In this document: positions 50,357-59,407 of the stretch, one piece after another
Position numbering within the stretch: position 1 is the stretch's first letter
Layout: each line of letters opens with the position of its first letter
DNA from: Candidatus Latescibacterota bacterium
Lineage (GTDB): Bacteria > Latescibacterota > UBA2968 > GCA-2709665
Assembly (NCBI GenBank): GCA_963667175.2
Contig: CAXXXF010000015.1
Coordinates: forward strand, 640,001 to 704,000
DNA length: 64,000 nt
Reading direction: 5' to 3'
The notes under the pieces: generated by a model
The model's database searches: none
What the model saw: only the letters and a program-made list of their open reading frames with translations
What the model was told of the DNA's origin: nothing
Translations under genes and position numbers: made by a program

Positions 50357-52804
50357 ATGAAAGCGACTATGAGGCAGCTTTTTAATGATCTGTACATTGC
50401 AGCGGGCGAAAGCGACGTTGATAAAGTCATCAACAATCGCCCGGAAGTATTCGATAGGAAAAATTGGTATCCCCTTGGAGGTAACGAGAACAACTTTGGC
50501 GTGATTGAAAACCAACAGTCGAATCCGACTGCCGCATTGATAGAGAAGATCACTAATTCAATAGATGCCGTTCTGATGAAGAAGTGCTTGGAGTCAGGTG
50601 TCGACCCCAAATCTAAACAGGCACCACGTACCATGGAGGAGGCAAAGGCTAGGTTTTTCGAAGATCACAAGAACTGGGATCTGGTACGTTCAAGAAAAAA
50701 ACAAGCCGAAGACATACAGATTATCGCCGACGGACCAAGACTCAAGACGTCGCTGACTGTATATGATAATGGGGAAGGACAACACCCGGAAGACTTCGAG
50801 AAGACGTTCCTATCGTTGCTAGAGGGCAATAAGATTGAAATTCACTTTGTTCAGGGCAAATACAACATGGGCGGCAGTGGCGCTATTGTATTTTGCGGCA
50901 AAAGGCGGTATCAGTTAATCGGCTCAAAGAGATTCGACAACAAAGGTAGATTCGGGTTTACGTTAATTAGAGAACATCCTATGAGCCAAAGTGATGAGAT
51001 AGCTCGAAAGGATACGTGGTACGAATATTTAAAGATAGGCGGCGATATTCCTGCGTATGATGCGGCACAACAGGATTTTGGTTTGCATAACAGAAAGTTC
51101 ACTACAGGCACAATAATCAAACTGTACTCATATGATTTGTCAGTGGGTAGCCGTTCCGTAATCTCAAGGGATCTGAATCAGAGTATCAATGAATATTTGT
51201 TCGAACCAATTTTGCCCGTGATTACGGTTGACAAAAAGGAACGGTATCCACATGACCGAAATTTGGAAAGAGATTTGTACGGTTTAAAGCGAAGATTGGA
51301 GCAGGATGATAGCCGCTATGTGGAAACATACTTTTCGGAAGATTTCGATAACGCGCCGTTCGGAAAATTGAAGGCGACATGTTATGTATTCAGGACGAAG
51401 ATGGACGATAGAACGGTAAAAGAGACCAAGCAGACAATTCGCAATGAATTCTTCAAAAACAACATGTCCGTGCTGTTTTCCGTTAATGGACAGGTACACG
51501 GGAACTATACAAGTGAATTCATCACCCGTTCGCTAAAACTGAACCTACTCAAGGACCACCTCCTTATTCACGTCGATTGCACCAATATGGACTATGGATT
51601 CCGCAAACATTTGTTCATGGCGTCCCGAGATCGACTAAAGGATGGCGAGGAAACAAGAAAGTTAAGGCACTTCTTGGCTGAAAAACTCGGCGCAAAAAAC
51701 AGCCGGTTAGCTGAAATCCAAAGACAGAGAAAAGACTCTATATCGGTAGAAAGTGGTGATGCGAAAAAACTCCTGGGGTCACTGACGCAGAATCTAAGGA
51801 TGCAAAGTGACTTGATGAGGTTGTTGTCTCAAACACTAGAATTGGATAAACCTATTGACGGCAGATCGAAAAAACACAAACGCAAGTCGAAAATGAAAAA
51901 GCATGAGGAAACGCAACCCTTTAACCCCAAGCGATTTCCGACGTTCTTTAAGAGGCGCGTGAAGGGTTCAAATGGAAACGGTGTGGTGACAATTCCAATG
52001 GACGGCGAGAAAACTATCCATTTTGACACAGATGTCGAAGACCACTATTTCGATCGTGTTGAGGAACCTGGTGAACTCAAACTTGCTCTGCTAGGTTTCA
52101 AGAGGAATGAATCCTCGGGCGGGGTATCACCCGGCCAAATTGATGAAATCGAAGATGTATTAAATGTGCGTAAGAGTAGCCCACAAGAAGGTACCATCAA
52201 AGTTCATTTAAACCCAAAAGAAGAGGTATCTGTCGGAGACGCAGCCAAGATCGAGGCTGACCTCACTTCTCCAAACGGAGCCTTTGAAGCGGAAGTATTC
52301 TGGGTGAAAATAGGTGAACCGAAGGCGCCTAAGCAGAATTCAAAAAAGAACAACGAGGCCAATTTCCCGAATTTAGGACTTCCTGAATATATCCTTACCT
52401 ACCAAAACCCAATGGAGAATGCTGTAACTTGGAGCGATTTCGAGGAAACGACCGGCCAATCTATGGACTATGACGTTGTGATGCATCCCTCACTAGAAGG
52501 CGACCAGTTAGAGAAAATCTATATTAATATGGACAGCACGACATTCAAAAATTACAAGCCTAAGAACCCGAACGATGAGCAGTTAGAGTTGGCAAATGGT
52601 AGATACATCGCGTCGGTGTACCTGCATACTCTGTTTCTCTATACGATAACAAAGAACCTGAAATACAGAATCAAGAGAGAATCCGAAAACGGTCCCGTCG
52701 ACGAGGAAATAGACACGTACCTTAGGGAGTTATTCGGTAGCTATTACGCAGAATTTATCCTGAACTTTGGTGCAGATCGAATAATGCAATTGCTCGCGGA
52801 CTAA
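50357..52804 (+). CDS. Large protein with N-terminal GHKL (HATPase-like) domain
   Basis: ALIEKITNSIDA (N-box), VYDNGEGQ (G1), QGKYNMGGSG (G2-like), TGTII; C-terminal half not recognised. Confidence 0.8.
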   Translation: MKATMRQLFNDLYIAAGESDVDKVINNRPEVFDRKNWYPLGGNENNFGVIENQQSNPTAALIEKITNSIDAVLMKKCLESGVDPKSKQAPRTMEEAKARFFEDHKNWDLVRSRKKQAEDIQIIADGPRLKTSLTVYDNGEGQHPEDFEKTFLSLLEGNKIEIHFVQGKYNMGGSGAIVFCGKRRYQLIGSKRFDNKGRFGFTLIREHPMSQSDEIARKDTWYEYLKIGGDIPAYDAAQQDFGLHNRKFTTGTIIKLYSYDLSVGSRSVISRDLNQSINEYLFEPILPVITVDKKERYPHDRNLERDLYGLKRRLEQDDSRYVETYFSEDFDNAPFGKLKATCYVFRTKMDDRTVKETKQTIRNEFFKNNMSVLFSVNGQVHGNYTSEFITRSLKLNLLKDHLLIHVDCTNMDYGFRKHLFMASRDRLKDGEETRKLRHFLAEKLGAKNSRLAEIQRQRKDSISVESGDAKKLLGSLTQNLRMQSDLMRLLSQTLELDKPIDGRSKKHKRKSKMKKHEETQPFNPKRFPTFFKRRVKGSNGNGVVTIPMDGEKTIHFDTDVEDHYFDRVEEPGELKLALLGFKRNESSGGVSPGQIDEIEDVLNVRKSSPQEGTIKVHLNPKEEVSVGDAAKIEADLTSPNGAFEAEVFWVKIGEPKAPKQNSKKNNEANFPNLGLPEYILTYQNPMENAVTWSDFEETTGQSMDYDVVMHPSLEGDQLEKIYINMDSTTFKNYKPKNPNDEQLELANGRYIASVYLHTLFLYTITKNLKYRIKRESENGPVDEEIDTYLRELFGSYYAEFILNFGADRIMQLLAD

Positions 52805-52869
52805 TCCTCGTATCGAGTAGATAGTGCGGATAAGATAGCCAACAAATGAAGTGAAGGTTTTCACACGGG

Positions 52870-52977
52870 GATGAGAATTCCGAATGCCCAGGTCCGTACG
52901 CGCGTCTGCAAGTGCGCGCTGGATCGGGTCACAACGAGTACGCCGATCTGGACGCGTTCAAGGCGGTGCATGTTTGA
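52870..52977 (+). pseudogene. Degenerate 3' fragment of a second RelB/DinJ antitoxin gene
   Basis: MRIPN...EYADLDAFKAVHV* parallels VRIPN...EYADLDALKAEHG* of 40763-41020. Confidence 0.7.
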
Positions 52978-53062
52978 TCGGCGCACCTTGTCGCCTCGTA
53001 TCGCCTTGAGCGACGGCTAAGGCACGCCGGAAGAAATTGACAAATTAACGAATTGCAAGAGA

Positions 53063-53100
53063 AGACCTCCGGAGACCGACATCTCAGGGGGTCTGCTTTT
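53063..53100. terminator. Hairpin terminator
   Basis: AGACCTCC.GAGA...TCTC.GGGGGTCT followed by GCTTTT. Confidence 0.5.
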
Positions 53101-53145
53101 GGTCAGGCGTCGACCGGAGGGCGATTGCGACCTCTCTGCCTCGTC

Positions 53146-56100
53146 TCAAAACGACATGCCGAGCTGGAGGTGGGGGACGGCGCCTTTGGGTTCGGTGAAG
53201 CCGTATGCCGCGCCGATGCGGAAGCGGAACGGCACAAAGAGCATGCCGGCGGAGTACACGATCTCGGCGCCGGCGGCCAGGAGCGGCTGCGGCCTGGCTG
53301 ACTGGGAGTCATTGCGGCCCCATGCGTTTCCGGCATCGGCGAAGAGCGTGAGAAACGCGCGGTCGAAGTGCAGCAGGTCCGTCCGAAAGGCGCGGTTCGC
53401 CAGGGTAGCCGGCAGGCGGAGTTCGAGCGACGCAGTCCAGGCGCGCCATCCCGAGCGGGGGGTCCCTTCGTATCCCCGAACAGGAAACACGCGTCGGCCC
53501 GAGCCGCCAATGCTGAAATGCCCCCTGCCGCTGCCCGGCCCGCGCGCGATGCCCGCGCTTGCCCGGAGCGCCAGCACCGGCGCCGCGAATCCGCCTCCTG
53601 GCAGCATCATGTATGCCCTGACGTCGCCGGTCGCGTCGTCCAGCGACCGGTCATCCGATGAACCCCGGTCCAGGTCGATGCGCCGCCTGGCCAGGACGGA
53701 GAGTGACGCGCCCGCCGCCTGCCCGATTTGAAACGCGTGGGACCGGGCGGTCGAGGCGCGGAAGCGGGCTGCCACTTCGCCCAGCGTGCTGCTGGGGGTC
53801 TCGAATTCAGGCAGTTCCTCTGGCTTGAGCGTGGAATCCAGCGCCTCCCGGCGCTCTCTCAGAAGTCCGCCCGTGAGCGAGAATGAAAGCTTGCTCCACG
53901 CCCTGGGACGCGCTACTCCCACTGAGAGTCCCGCATAGCGTGTCCGTTCGAGAACATACGTGGTGTCGACCGGTGCGTCGCCGTTCTCCTTCCTCACCCT
54001 GACGCGTTCCTCGTCCCAGTTCTGCGACACGGACAGTCCCAGCGCGGGATTGCCGAGCCCGGCATACCGGTACGTCAGAAAACCCGCCGCTCTGCCGCCC
54101 GAATATCCTCCAGTCGGGAGAAAGGCGCGCGCAGTCAGGGCATACGTATGTCGTCCCACGAGGTCCACCCCGGAGGTAAAGGCGCCAACGGAGGCGCCGA
54201 GGACCTTTGTACGTGGCGTTGTCCCGCTCCCCGCGCCCGAGAAGGAAACCGACCCGATGGGTATCCAATAGCGCGGCAGCAGGGTCTGCAGTGGCGAATA
54301 TGCGCGTATTTGACCGCCGGCAGGGGCCCGGGAGTCACTCTCTCTGGCTGCGACCTCACGAGCGGTTCTGCCCGCGGCCGTGTCTGTCGAATCGTGAAGG
54401 TGTTCAGGCGCCAGGGGGGCGTGGTCCGGATTGAACGGAATGCGTTCGACCTCCCATCCGTCCACGTGGTACCCGGAGACATAGAGCCACTTCCCCGACG
54501 GATCCACGCTCGGCATGGCGGCGCCCGTACGGACGTTCGTGAGCATGACCGGCGTTGCGGCCTTCGCGCCTTCGAAACGCGCCGCGAGGACGTTCAGAAT
54601 GCCGGTCCGGTCGGACGCCCACACCAGCCACCGCCCGTCGGGGCTCCATGCGGGCGCGAAATCCAGCGCGCGGTCCCGGGTGACCTGGCTCACGAGGCCG
54701 CCGCGTTCGTCGAGGACGACAACGTCCTGATTCCCGCCCGCCCAGCGGGACGCGGCAATCCGCCGGCCGTCGGGTGAGACCGCGGGCAATGCCCAGTAGA
54801 CGCCGTCTTCCGGGTGAACCAGCGTATCGATGGCGCCGCTATTGATATTGACGCGGACCAGGCCGTTCGTCCCCTCTCCTTCGGCAACGGCGACAACACG
54901 GTTTCCCGGGCCGGCCGACGGGGCGCTCAGGCGGGCGGCGGTGGTCAATCGTTGCACCGCGCCGTCCGGAGTCACCCGGTAGAGATCTCTGAACCGCCGG
55001 TACCGCCCGGAGAATTCCAGCTGGTCGACGACAATGTCGCCGTTCGGCGCGAACGTGAACCGGCGTCCGCGGATCCGCGCGAACGTCGATTCGCCGCCGC
55101 CGTTCGGGCTTGCCGAAACGAGCCTGGTATCGGATCGGCCATCGGAGCGGATGTAGATCAGGGTCGAACCATCCGGCGACACCTTCGGATGGTCCGCATA
55201 GCGGGCGCCATCGGTAAGTCTTTCAGCTTCGGTGATCGCGCCGAATCCGGCGAGCCGGGCGCCCAGCACCGCCACAGAGTCCCGCCACGCGTCCGCCCAC
55301 GCGGCCCATTCGTCCGACAGGCTGACGCCGAAGGCGCTTCTTCCTGCCGCGTTCAGCCGATAGGGTATCCACTGGTTCTCCACGGCCTCGACAAAGGCCG
55401 CCATCCGGTCCCGCCCGTGCTTCCGCAGGAGGTATTCGAAGAACATCGGCCCGTACGTGTACGCGCGGTTTCCGCCAGGCCATTGCGGCGAGGAACCTCC
55501 CGCCTGGCCGATGGACTCGAAACGGCCTTCCAGCGCTGCCGTCCGCAGCACCATGTCGTTGAAGGTTCCCAGCACGCGGCCCCTGCCCGTGAGTGCGGAT
55601 TCGTACCACGTCCCGATGCCTTCGATGACCCACCGAGGCGTCGTGAAGGCAGGAAAACCGAAAACCGGAAACGGAATCCGGCCGAAGAGTCCCCGAACGC
55701 TGTAACGGCCCGGCCGGTCGAGGTGAAAAATGTGCGTCAGTTCGTGCACGATCAATAGTTGCTGCCAGTCGTCGAAATAGCCGAGCGGGAAACTGTCGAC
55801 GGGCGGACGCGCGAACAGGACAATGCGGTTCGAAGGGAATGGGGTCGCGTACCCGTTGGAGACGTCGGTATGATCGGTGAGGACGACGTCGATCGGTCCT
55901 TTCGGCCCATGGACGAAATGTTCGGACAGCCGCGCGTAAGCCCACTCCGCCTGCCCGCCCGCCCGGCGGGCAAGCGACTCGAGATGCCCGGGGAAGGTAA
56001 CGCGGAAGTGTTCCGTTTCGAGAGTGCGCCAGGGTTCGTCCGGCGGGACAGGCTGCGCCACAGCCGGCGTTGCGCAATAGGCGATGAACGCCAGCAGGAC

Positions 56101-56160
56101 CGGCAGCGTCCGCCGGACACGGGAAGCCGGACTGCGTGACGTGAAGAGAGAGGGTTTCAA
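53146..56160 (-). CDS. Outer-membrane protein: HExxH peptidase-like domain + PD40/TolB propeller + Omp85-type barrel
   Basis: Signal peptide, VHELTH...PRWVIEG, SPDG repeats, VRGY motif, terminal Phe. Confidence 0.82.
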   Translation of the reverse strand: MKPSLFTSRSPASRVRRTLPVLLAFIAYCATPAVAQPVPPDEPWRTLETEHFRVTFPGHLESLARRAGGQAEWAYARLSEHFVHGPKGPIDVVLTDHTDVSNGYATPFPSNRIVLFARPPVDSFPLGYFDDWQQLLIVHELTHIFHLDRPGRYSVRGLFGRIPFPVFGFPAFTTPRWVIEGIGTWYESALTGRGRVLGTFNDMVLRTAALEGRFESIGQAGGSSPQWPGGNRAYTYGPMFFEYLLRKHGRDRMAAFVEAVENQWIPYRLNAAGRSAFGVSLSDEWAAWADAWRDSVAVLGARLAGFGAITEAERLTDGARYADHPKVSPDGSTLIYIRSDGRSDTRLVSASPNGGGESTFARIRGRRFTFAPNGDIVVDQLEFSGRYRRFRDLYRVTPDGAVQRLTTAARLSAPSAGPGNRVVAVAEGEGTNGLVRVNINSGAIDTLVHPEDGVYWALPAVSPDGRRIAASRWAGGNQDVVVLDERGGLVSQVTRDRALDFAPAWSPDGRWLVWASDRTGILNVLAARFEGAKAATPVMLTNVRTGAAMPSVDPSGKWLYVSGYHVDGWEVERIPFNPDHAPLAPEHLHDSTDTAAGRTAREVAARESDSRAPAGGQIRAYSPLQTLLPRYWIPIGSVSFSGAGSGTTPRTKVLGASVGAFTSGVDLVGRHTYALTARAFLPTGGYSGGRAAGFLTYRYAGLGNPALGLSVSQNWDEERVRVRKENGDAPVDTTYVLERTRYAGLSVGVARPRAWSKLSFSLTGGLLRERREALDSTLKPEELPEFETPSSTLGEVAARFRASTARSHAFQIGQAAGASLSVLARRRIDLDRGSSDDRSLDDATGDVRAYMMLPGGGFAAPVLALRASAGIARGPGSGRGHFSIGGSGRRVFPVRGYEGTPRSGWRAWTASLELRLPATLANRAFRTDLLHFDRAFLTLFADAGNAWGRNDSQSARPQPLLAAGAEIVYSAGMLFVPFRFRIGAAYGFTEPKGAVPHLQLGMSF

Positions 56161-56161
56161 A

Positions 56162-57436
56162 TCAGTTTCCGAAATCCCGGGTTTCCGACGTCGACGCCTC
56201 CTCCTCGGGCCTGGCGTCGTGGAGGGCGCCGAAACGTCTCAATCCGGGCACACCGGCCGCGGCGCCGAGGACCACCAGGAGAGTCCCGATGCCGCCGCTG
56301 ACCACCGAGATAACCGGTCCGAACCTGTGGGCGACAAGGCCCGATTCCAGGCCGCCGAGTTCATTGGAAGCGCCGATAAAGACGTAGTTTACGGCCAGCA
56401 CGCGGCCGCGCATCCGGTTGGTCGTGAGCAACTGGACGAGCGTGTGCCGGACGACCATGCTGACGTTGTCGAAGGCGCCGGTGAGGAAGAGCATCGCCAG
56501 CGAGAGCCAGAACGATCGGGAACAGCCGAAGACGATGGTGGCCGCCCCGAAGCCCGCCACGGCCGCCAGGAGGTTCCTGCCCGCGCGCCGCATGGGAGGC
56601 AGGTAGGCCAGGAGGATGGCCATGCAGAAGGCGCCGACGCCGGGGGCGGCCCGAAGCCAGCCGAAGCCCTGTGGGCCGACGCGAAGGATATCCTCCGCAT
56701 AGATCGGCAGCAGGTAGACGGCGCCGCCCAGCAGCACGGCGAACATATCCAGCGCCATCAGGGAAAGGATCAGGCGGGTTCGCCAGACGTAGCGGATGCC
56801 CGCCAGCAGGGTTGTGAGCGAAGGGGCTTCCGCACGTTCGGGCTCCGCGCGGAAGGCCACGCGGGTAAGCAGAACGACGAAGACGAGGGTGCTCGCCGCA
56901 CTGAGCGCGTAGGCGGCGGGAACGCTGAACATCACGACAAAACCGCCGAGGGCCGGGCCGACCACCCAGGCCATCTGCATCAGGCTCGTGTTCCACGTCA
57001 CGGCGATCGGAAAGATCTCGCGCGGGACGAGCAGGGGTACCAGGGCGGTCCTGGCGGGGCGTCCCAGACACGTCGCCGTCGCATCCAGCGCAAGCAACGC
57101 GTACATCAGGAAGATCGGCCCCTTCCCGATGGAGAGCGCCAGGAGCGCCAGCGACGTCAGGGTCGTGCCCAGCATGCTGAAGATGACCACCCGGCGGCGG
57201 TCGAATCTGTCCGCCAGGTAGCCCGCGGGCAGGGCCAGGAGGATGGCGGGCAGGGCCTGCGCGAGCCCGACCAGGCCCAGGGAGAGCGCCTGTCCGGTGC
57301 GCTGGTAAATCTCCCATCCGATGGCGATGCTCTGGATCTGGTTCCCCACGATGGCGAAGAACCAGCCGAGGATGTAACGCCGGTAGTTGGCAATGCGGAA
57401 GGCCGCGTAGGGATCGTGCTTCCCGGATACAGGGAT
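56162..57436 (-). CDS. MFS transporter
   Basis: GYLADRFDRRR motif A, MRGRV, many TMs. The family-like N-terminus HDPYAAFRIANYRRY lies upstream of the first GTG (57349), so the start is uncertain. Confidence 0.88.
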   Translation of the reverse strand: MPVSGKHDPYAAFRIANYRRYILGWFFAIVGNQIQSIAIGWEIYQRTGQALSLGLVGLAQALPAILLALPAGYLADRFDRRRVVIFSMLGTTLTSLALLALSIGKGPIFLMYALLALDATATCLGRPARTALVPLLVPREIFPIAVTWNTSLMQMAWVVGPALGGFVVMFSVPAAYALSAASTLVFVVLLTRVAFRAEPERAEAPSLTTLLAGIRYVWRTRLILSLMALDMFAVLLGGAVYLLPIYAEDILRVGPQGFGWLRAAPGVGAFCMAILLAYLPPMRRAGRNLLAAVAGFGAATIVFGCSRSFWLSLAMLFLTGAFDNVSMVVRHTLVQLLTTNRMRGRVLAVNYVFIGASNELGGLESGLVAHRFGPVISVVSGGIGTLLVVLGAAAGVPGLRRFGALHDARPEEEASTSETRDFGN

Positions 57437-57439
57437 CGC

Positions 57440-58804
57440 CTATTTCTCCCGGTTCTTGACAGCGTCGCGGATTTCGCGGATGCCGCCTTCCAGCCTGTCC
57501 AGGCGTTCATTGGCGCTGTTCATCTCTTCCTGAATCTTTGCGACCATACCGGCCTGTTCTTCAAGTTCCTCCGTCTGAATGGCTTCTTCTTCCTTGACGA
57601 GGATGCTCGTCAGCGTTGCCGTGAAGACGCCCACCAGAACCATTCCCGTAATCACCAGAAAAACGGTGAGGATTCTCCCGGTCGCAGTCGCGGGGTTGTG
57701 GATGTCGGCATAGCCGCCGGTGACAAGCGTGGTAAAGCTCCACCAGAGGCTTTCCCAGAATCCGGAACCGGCCTCCATGTGTTCCAGAAACATGAAGACG
57801 CATGCGCCGAAAACCAGCGACATGAGGCCGTAGAGAAGCGACCGTTTGAGAAGCCGCACGTCCAGCGAGGTGCTGAGGTGGTCCATGCCCCGCCAGAAGA
57901 ACAGTCCGATGCGAATCAACCGCAGCGCCCGCAGAATCCGCACGGCCCGCAAGAGTCGCCCGATTCGCACGATGCCGACGTCTCCGGAGGCGGCAATGAC
58001 CTGCACCGGCGGCAGTGGGATCGAAGTGATAAAGTCGATCCAGTTGTGCTTCCAGTACCACGTTTTTGATGCGGCAAGCCTGTGTTCGAAGACGAAGTTG
58101 GCCATGAACAGGGTGCAGCACACAACATCGATGATCCAGAAGATCCACAGCGTGCCAACCGAGAAGTGGGGGTGGACCTCGACGATCGGGTTCTTGTACT
58201 TTTCACCGCCGTCGATAACGTCCACGCCTGTCAGTCGTCCTTCGGTCACGTGGCCGAAAACGAGTGCGCCGGCGCCCGACGTATCCAAAATGTGTATGTT
58301 CACCCGCTCATATCCGGCGCCCGCTTTCGTGATCACGATCTTGCTGATCTTACCCTCTTCCACTTCCGCCGTTGCCGCCGCGCCGCCGCCGTTGGCGCCG
58401 ATGCCCAGCAGGTCCACGACAAGGATCGAGATCAGAAACAGAATGAGAAAGAAGATGGCGACGTCCTTCACGTAAACGCTCCGGACACTGCCCAATACGC
58501 TGGCTTGCCTGTCCAACAGGTGTTTCTTCTGGAAGGCCTGTTCGATGACCCGGGCCTTGTCCGCCAGTTCCTGTTTTTCCTCGTTCAACGTTGAAATCCG
58601 CGAATCGGCCGCGTCCAGGTCCAGTTCGTAGCGGCCGTGCCTCTTGCTCAGGGCCACCGTGTCCGCGTTCTCTGCCATACGGCCGATTTTCTCCTCTTCC
58701 TCGGCCAGTCGACAATCAATCTTCTCGATCTCCCCCGCGACCAGGTCTCTCATCGTCCTGATGCGGTCCAGGGAACAGGATTCGATACGCTTTAGATTTG
58801 ACAT
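57440..58804 (-). CDS. Voltage-gated ion (K+-type) channel / ion transporter
   Basis: NWIDFITSIP, S4 RIGRLLRAVRILRALRLIR, pore WWSFTTLVTGGYAD, N- and C-terminal coiled coils. Confidence 0.85.
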   Translation of the reverse strand: MSNLKRIESCSLDRIRTMRDLVAGEIEKIDCRLAEEEEKIGRMAENADTVALSKRHGRYELDLDAADSRISTLNEEKQELADKARVIEQAFQKKHLLDRQASVLGSVRSVYVKDVAIFFLILFLISILVVDLLGIGANGGGAAATAEVEEGKISKIVITKAGAGYERVNIHILDTSGAGALVFGHVTEGRLTGVDVIDGGEKYKNPIVEVHPHFSVGTLWIFWIIDVVCCTLFMANFVFEHRLAASKTWYWKHNWIDFITSIPLPPVQVIAASGDVGIVRIGRLLRAVRILRALRLIRIGLFFWRGMDHLSTSLDVRLLKRSLLYGLMSLVFGACVFMFLEHMEAGSGFWESLWWSFTTLVTGGYADIHNPATATGRILTVFLVITGMVLVGVFTATLTSILVKEEEAIQTEELEEQAGMVAKIQEEMNSANERLDRLEGGIREIRDAVKNREK

Positions 58805-58912
58805 CGCGACGCCTGTAATCTCCGGTTCAGGTTGTCTTTGAAAAGATGGCAATAATGATGCTGTGTCGGCCCCTTTCGACTTCACCGGCTTCCGCGGATG
58901 TATCGAAGGGAA

Positions 58913-58937
58913 GGGCAGGTTTGAAACCTGCCCCTAC
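58913..58937 (-). repeat. GTAG-type REP
   Basis: GTAG-GGGCAGGTTT-C-AAACCTGCCC. Confidence 0.8.
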
Positions 58938-59007
58938 GGCAGGAATCCCGGATCGGTTGCGTCAGGTCGAAAGCGTGCGCGTAGACGCTGGCGTCGACAA
59001 CGATCAT
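58938..59007 (-). pseudogene. Truncated PIN/VapC toxin (N-terminal ~24 codons)
   Basis: MIVVDASVYAHAFDLTQPIRDSC starts with an ATGA overlap on the upstream ORF and breaks off at the REP. Confidence 0.6.
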
Positions 59008-59216
59008 GTGCTGGATATACCCTTACTCCGGGACTTCTCGATGACTGCCAGGTGCTCATGCCATTCAGGTTCCTCTGCGGGACCATTCAACTCGTCGCAG
59101 GCGCGGAAGAACGCCTCGACGTCCGCCGGCGTCCGGAAGGGCCGGCTCCCCTGCTGCTGCTCCAGCCGTCGCCGGGCTGCGGTTCTATTCCGCGTGTTCA
59201 TGATCTTTCCCCTCAT
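59004..59216 (-). CDS. Putative antitoxin (possibly N-terminally truncated)
   Basis: Short ORF ...DVEAFFRACD...EPEWHEHLAVIEKSR, coupled to the PIN remnant. Confidence 0.55.
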   Translation of the reverse strand: MRGKIMNTRNRTAARRRLEQQQGSRPFRTPADVEAFFRACDELNGPAEEPEWHEHLAVIEKSRSKGISST

Positions 59217-59407
59217 CGTCTCCGGAAAACGAGATAGCCACAAGTTATTTGCGTTTGCGAAAAAAGCAGGCTTCTTATTAGCGGAATCGATCCAAATCGA
59301 TAATAATGTTGTGGGATCCGCCGACTTTCGAGTCGGGGCGATCATTGCCCAATGCAGTCTGGCGAAGTCGGCCGGCTGTGCGTTTCATTCGCTGCAAACT
59401 TCAGAGA

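Larger units (their letters stand above)
40979..52979. mobile_element. Defence island bounded by 44-bp imperfect direct repeats (3' end of the dinJ-like gene)
   Basis: 40979-41022 and 52936-52979 match at 38/44 positions; the interior is visibly AT-richer; no integrase seen. Confidence 0.65.

Noticed and set aside
56084-58069. 661-aa plus-strand ORF
   Set aside because: Antisense shadow of the MFS and channel genes.
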